DNA of 56,686 nt, the filler included, from Jimgerdemannia flammicorona (lineage: Eukaryota): NCBI GenBank assembly GCA_003990765.1. It is 2 parts of 2 records of this genome, joined end to end, with 100 filler letters (N's around TTAATTAATTAA, not from the genome) between each part and the next. Parts side by side here need not be neighbours in the genome. Positions count along the whole stretch, not along the records: positions 28,399 to 56,686 come from RBNJ01000573.1; 1 more part is not named here. One strand, written 5' to 3'. Positions 52,638 to 56,686 of the stretch are shown here, piece after piece. The translations under genes and the position numbers were made by a program. Within the stretch, counting starts at the first letter, position 1. Each line of letters starts with the position of its first letter. Under the pieces are notes generated by a model, which did not search any database, had not been told where the DNA came from, and saw only the letters and a program-made list of their open reading frames with translations.

Positions 52638-55600
52638 TGTAAGAGGGTTACTTTTTAGGGTAACTGTTATGTAGTTCTGGAAAGGTTTCTGAATATTCTA
52701 GATGTTCTGGAAGACTGTTTTTTTAAGGTCAGGATCAATTTTGTATGGAGTACATCCTCTACGCTTATTGATTTCAAGATCGAGTTGATGTCTCAACCAA
52801 AGTCCTTTTTTGGACTAGTTCTAGATGTTCAGGATTTTCCGTATTTCAGGAAGTTCAAGAAACTAAGACCAGCTTAGTTGAATTGATGTATTGCTGCAGA
52901 CAATACCCAATTAGGAATTTTCATGATGGAGTTAGGAGTGGGACCTAACAGGGAGCGGATTTACTTAAGAGTGGTTTGTGGGTTATGGAATAGGTTTATT
53001 TGCTATTCATGATATTGCTATACTAGGAGTATTTGTGTAAAGGGATATTGTGGGGAAGTATTCAGGAATATTCTTGTGTATTCGAGTCTGAGATTCTGAG
53101 GTCTGGGGGAGGGGGTATTTATACTAGTGAGGGGCTATCTGGACTATGCTAGATATAGATGTAGCACTAAGTGCCTTGCTGAGTTGGAATATAGTCACAT
53201 AGTACAAGTGTAATCTGACATATCAAGAGATCATCTGACTGCTGAGTCAGTTCACAGTTATGTCGTACAAGACTAATCTAACTATACTATGACTGCTTAG
53301 GCTATTTATGATTTAGGCACTATCTGGGTAGTCCTCGATGACATCACCATCGATTGCATCATCTCTGATGAAGTAGTTGTCTAGAAAGAGTGGTTCGCGG
53401 ATTACTTTTCCTTGTTCGCTGAGGTAGTAATATATTGGGACTTCATCTCCATCCCACAGGATAGCATCGTCTGTCTTGTATGCTGGATAAGGTGTTGGTG
53501 GGTGAAGGATGGGTGTATTGTCTTCACTTTTATTGGATTCGCTGTCTGCATACCTTCTATAGGTTACGGCACTGTAAGTTGCAGGGTTATAGTATGCTGG
53601 TGGCTGTGGTTTATATTGCTCATACTCAGGTGGTGGAGTGGTTGGTTCGATCTTGAGGGTTGTCTGAAGGTACAGGTTGTATTCTCCAGTCTCTTCATTG
53701 TAGTTGAAGTAATCGAGGGTGAATGCAGATTGGTATTCGTGCTAGTGGTCATTGTCCCAATAAGTCTTGTATGTAGTTATGAACTGTTGTAAGTTCATTG
53801 GCAAGGTTAGCGGTATAATCAGGGTTGGCAGAGATTCTTGGCTAGAGGTCATGTTGGCATCAGAGGGATCATTGTCTTCTGCTTCATCTTTATTGAAGTG
53901 GATTATATCATAGATGTCCTTCATGGCATATCCAACTTGGGGCATTTGCAGGATTTGATCATTGGGGTGTGGGAAGGTTCTGTCTGTGGTTTTGATATAC
54001 TCAAGGTACTTATGGTTGAGTTCTTGTATCATGTCATTGATTTGGCCATAGGACAGGGTAGCAACCATTTCGCTGGTAGTAACTCAGAGGCGGGGAATAA
54101 AGGTGCTATACTCATAGAAGAGTTCTCGATGTTTGTGGGCGATGAGCTTCTAGTGTTGAGACATCTGGGTAATGTCTATATCATAGTGGTGTTCAACCAT
54201 GTCTTCCAGGAGGCAGCCGATCTGGTAGTAGCTTGAGATTTGTCCAATTCAGTGGGCCTTGCTAAGCATATTCAGAGCATTCCATCAGGCTTCTACGAAG
54301 TAGAGGGGTGCCAGGCTATGGATATTCATGAGGGGCAGAGGGGGTGTGGCTCGGTTGACAATGGCATTCCAAATGTCAGCACGGATACAGTTGTAGATCT
54401 CAGTGATCATGTTTGTATATTTGGAAGTTGTGGTTGTTGTTTGTTGTTTGTTTTGGTTCTCTGATTTGATGCGTCTCGGTACTTGGTATATATACATTTG
54501 ATCCTGATTGGTAAGATTCTGTTTGTGTAAATCTTGTATTCTGTGACTTTGTATTGACTCAGCTTTGTATGCTATGACTTCAGTTTGACTCAGCTTTGTG
54601 ATCAAGCAGGTGATTTCCAGATTTGTTCAGAGGTTGTGTGTGATTTCAGTGGCTTGTTCAGAGAGTGACATGTAATTTCAGTAGCTTGGAGGTTGTGCAC
54701 TTATAACTCTCCCCTTCTTAGCTTTCGACATCCTCGTCGGGGCCTTCTAATTTTGTTCTGCTGAGTTCTTGGTTTGGTTTGCAATAATTAAAATATTTGG
54801 GAGGATAATATGTAGTATGTATAGATAGGTGTGGAGTATTTGGTTCTAGTTGTTCAAGGAGTCATATTCCTGAACTAGGTCAGTAGCATTCTGAAGGTTG
54901 GTCTTGGGTTCCCAGGTTGCATCATAGATCAGGTAACCTTTCCATTTGACAAGGTACTCAGGGTGGCTCTTGTTGCTATATTTGTTGAGAATTTGTTCAA
55001 CTTCATACTCTTCTTGATCATTAATAATGATAGGTATAGGTGGTTTGGTGGTCCGGTTTGGAAATAGCTCATTATCATTCTCATTGTATCGCTTGAGACA
55101 TTGAACATTAAAGACTGAGTGAATCTTAATGGTGTCTGGTAGTGCCAGTTTGTAGGAGGTTGGAGAGACTTGTGCAATGACTTCAAATGGTCCAATGAAC
55201 TTGCTGTTCAGCTTTGTAGATGGTCTGTGCTTGAGGTTGTCAACTCGGTATCCTCTAATGTCTAGTAGAACTTTTTCTCCAATATCAAAAGTTTCTTCTC
55301 AGCGGTATTGGTTAATATACTGTGATTATTGTTCTTGAGCTCACAATAAATTCTCGATGGCAATCTGGCTTAAATTGCACATTTGAAGTAAGAATTCTTC
55401 AACGGCTTCGACTGTGGAGGGTTCTTCAGTGGTTCAGATAAGTGTCAAAGGGGTGTTTGGATTTTGTCCAGTGTTGGCGAAGAATGGGGTCATTCTGAGA
55501 GAGGCTTGCTTGCTATTGTTATAGGCAAACTTGACTGCAGTGAGGTATTCATGCCAATCATCTTGTCTGTAGGAAACATAGTTCCTTAGCATTTGTTCCA

Positions 55601-56528
55601 GCATTTGGTTCATTCTTTCAGTTTGGCTGTCAGTTTCTGGGTGAAAGGCTGTGGATAGTACAAGTTTTGTTCCAAGGTGTGCATGGAGGGCTTTCCAAAA
55701 GTGGCTGGTGAATTTCGGATTTCAGTCACTAACAATGATCTTAGGAAGACCATGATAGTGGAAGATGTTGTCAAACAAAAGTGTGGCTATGTCTGGTGCT
55801 GTTGCAGTAGTGGTAGTAGGCACAAAGTGGGCTTGTTTGCTGAGGTAGTCCACAAAGACAACAATTGCATCTTTCCCGTTCTTAGTTCAGAGTAGTTGTA
55901 CAATGAAGTCCATAGAGATTTGTTCCCAATTTGCAGATGGTACTGGGATAGGGTAGAGTAAGCCGGGTTTTGCTAGTGTTGAGGACTTGTTTCATTAGTA
56001 GGCATCACAGGAAGTGATGTAGGTTTTGAGCTGATCTACCATGCAGGGCCAATAGACGTTTCGGGAGATAACTTCATAGCATTTGTTAAATCCTAAATAT
56101 CCAGCTGTAGGGGTATCATGACATTCAAATAGGATAGTCCTTCGGAGGTCTTGGTTGTTTGGAACATACAGTCTGTCCTTGTAGTAGATAGCATTGTCCT
56201 TGAGTTGGTATTGGTTGTACTGGGTATGCTTGTCAGCATCATCACTGTTCAGAATTTCTCAGAGTACTTGAGCTTCCTTATCATCAGCACATGCTGCAAT
56301 GATTTGTTCCATGATAGTATTGGTAACCAAGGTCAGAGTTTGGATAACCTCTTCGATTGGTGGTCTGGAGATTGCATCAGCAACAATATTTTCCTTGCCA
56401 GGGCAGTACTGGATTTTATAGTCAAAGTTTGTGAGGACTTTCATCCATCTGGCTTGCTTTCAGGAAAGGGTAGCCTGTGTCTTGATGTTGACTAATGACT
56501 TGTGGTCAGTCAATACAGTGAAGTGTGC

Positions 56529-56531
<3 letters not shown>
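52638..56531 (-). mobile_element. Chromovirus copy E (inverted): 3' LTR 52638-54705 with LTR-ORF 53313-54410, and pol 54846-56531 (RH end, INT, chromodomain)
   Basis: Reverse complement of the family sequence; PPT at 54707-54719; interrupted by a LINE poly-T at 56532. Confidence 0.93.
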
Positions 56532-56569
<38 letters not shown>

Positions 56570-56686
56570 GTCACTTGGACTCCCATTCTTTATTAATACT
56601 CTATAGATAATACATAAATGCCTCTATCCACCTTAACCGATGCCCCTTGGGTCCCCCTCCTCACCCTCCCCTTCCTCTTTCCTAAG
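56532..56686 (-). mobile_element. 3' end of a further LINE copy inserted into the RNase H region of copy E
   Basis: T35 followed by ATAGTCACTTGGACT, matching the LINE 3' termini at 1961 and about 22860-22875. Confidence 0.85.

Noticed and set aside
53412..54464. Plus-strand ORFs of 126, 132 and 74 aa, and their minus-strand equivalents in other LTRs
   Set aside because: Antisense shadows of the LTR-ORF; their boundaries are inconsistent between copies.

Overview
This is eukaryotic, probably fungal, repeat-dense DNA; the fungal assignment is inferred from the chromovirus elements and short AT-rich introns. No intact host gene is visible. It is a nested transposon stack. An old L1/Tx1-like LINE on the minus strand is split by a second full-length LINE, which is in turn split by a 10.65-kb Ty3/Gypsy chromovirus (A, 6058-16709). 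A decayed intron-containing hAT transposase element and two related non-autonomous elements follow, then a 100-nt assembly gap. After the gap come four more copies of the same chromovirus family: C (29801-40460) nested inside B, an internally deleted copy D, and an inverted copy E cut by a third LINE. All long ORFs are broken, mostly by C>T/G>A changes (many CGA>TGA), but comparing copies allows reconstruction. The family encodes a single ~1710-codon Gag-CCHC-dUTPase-protease-RT-RNaseH-integrase-chromodomain frame. The most striking feature is that each ~2.07-kb LTR carries a ~365-codon sense ORF of unknown function in U3, with its own CCAAT/TATA-like promoter and apparent synonymous-biased divergence between copies. 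A sister LTR type (copy D) has this cassette replaced by unrelated sequence. Coordinates were read by eye and may be off by a few bases. No database searches were run.
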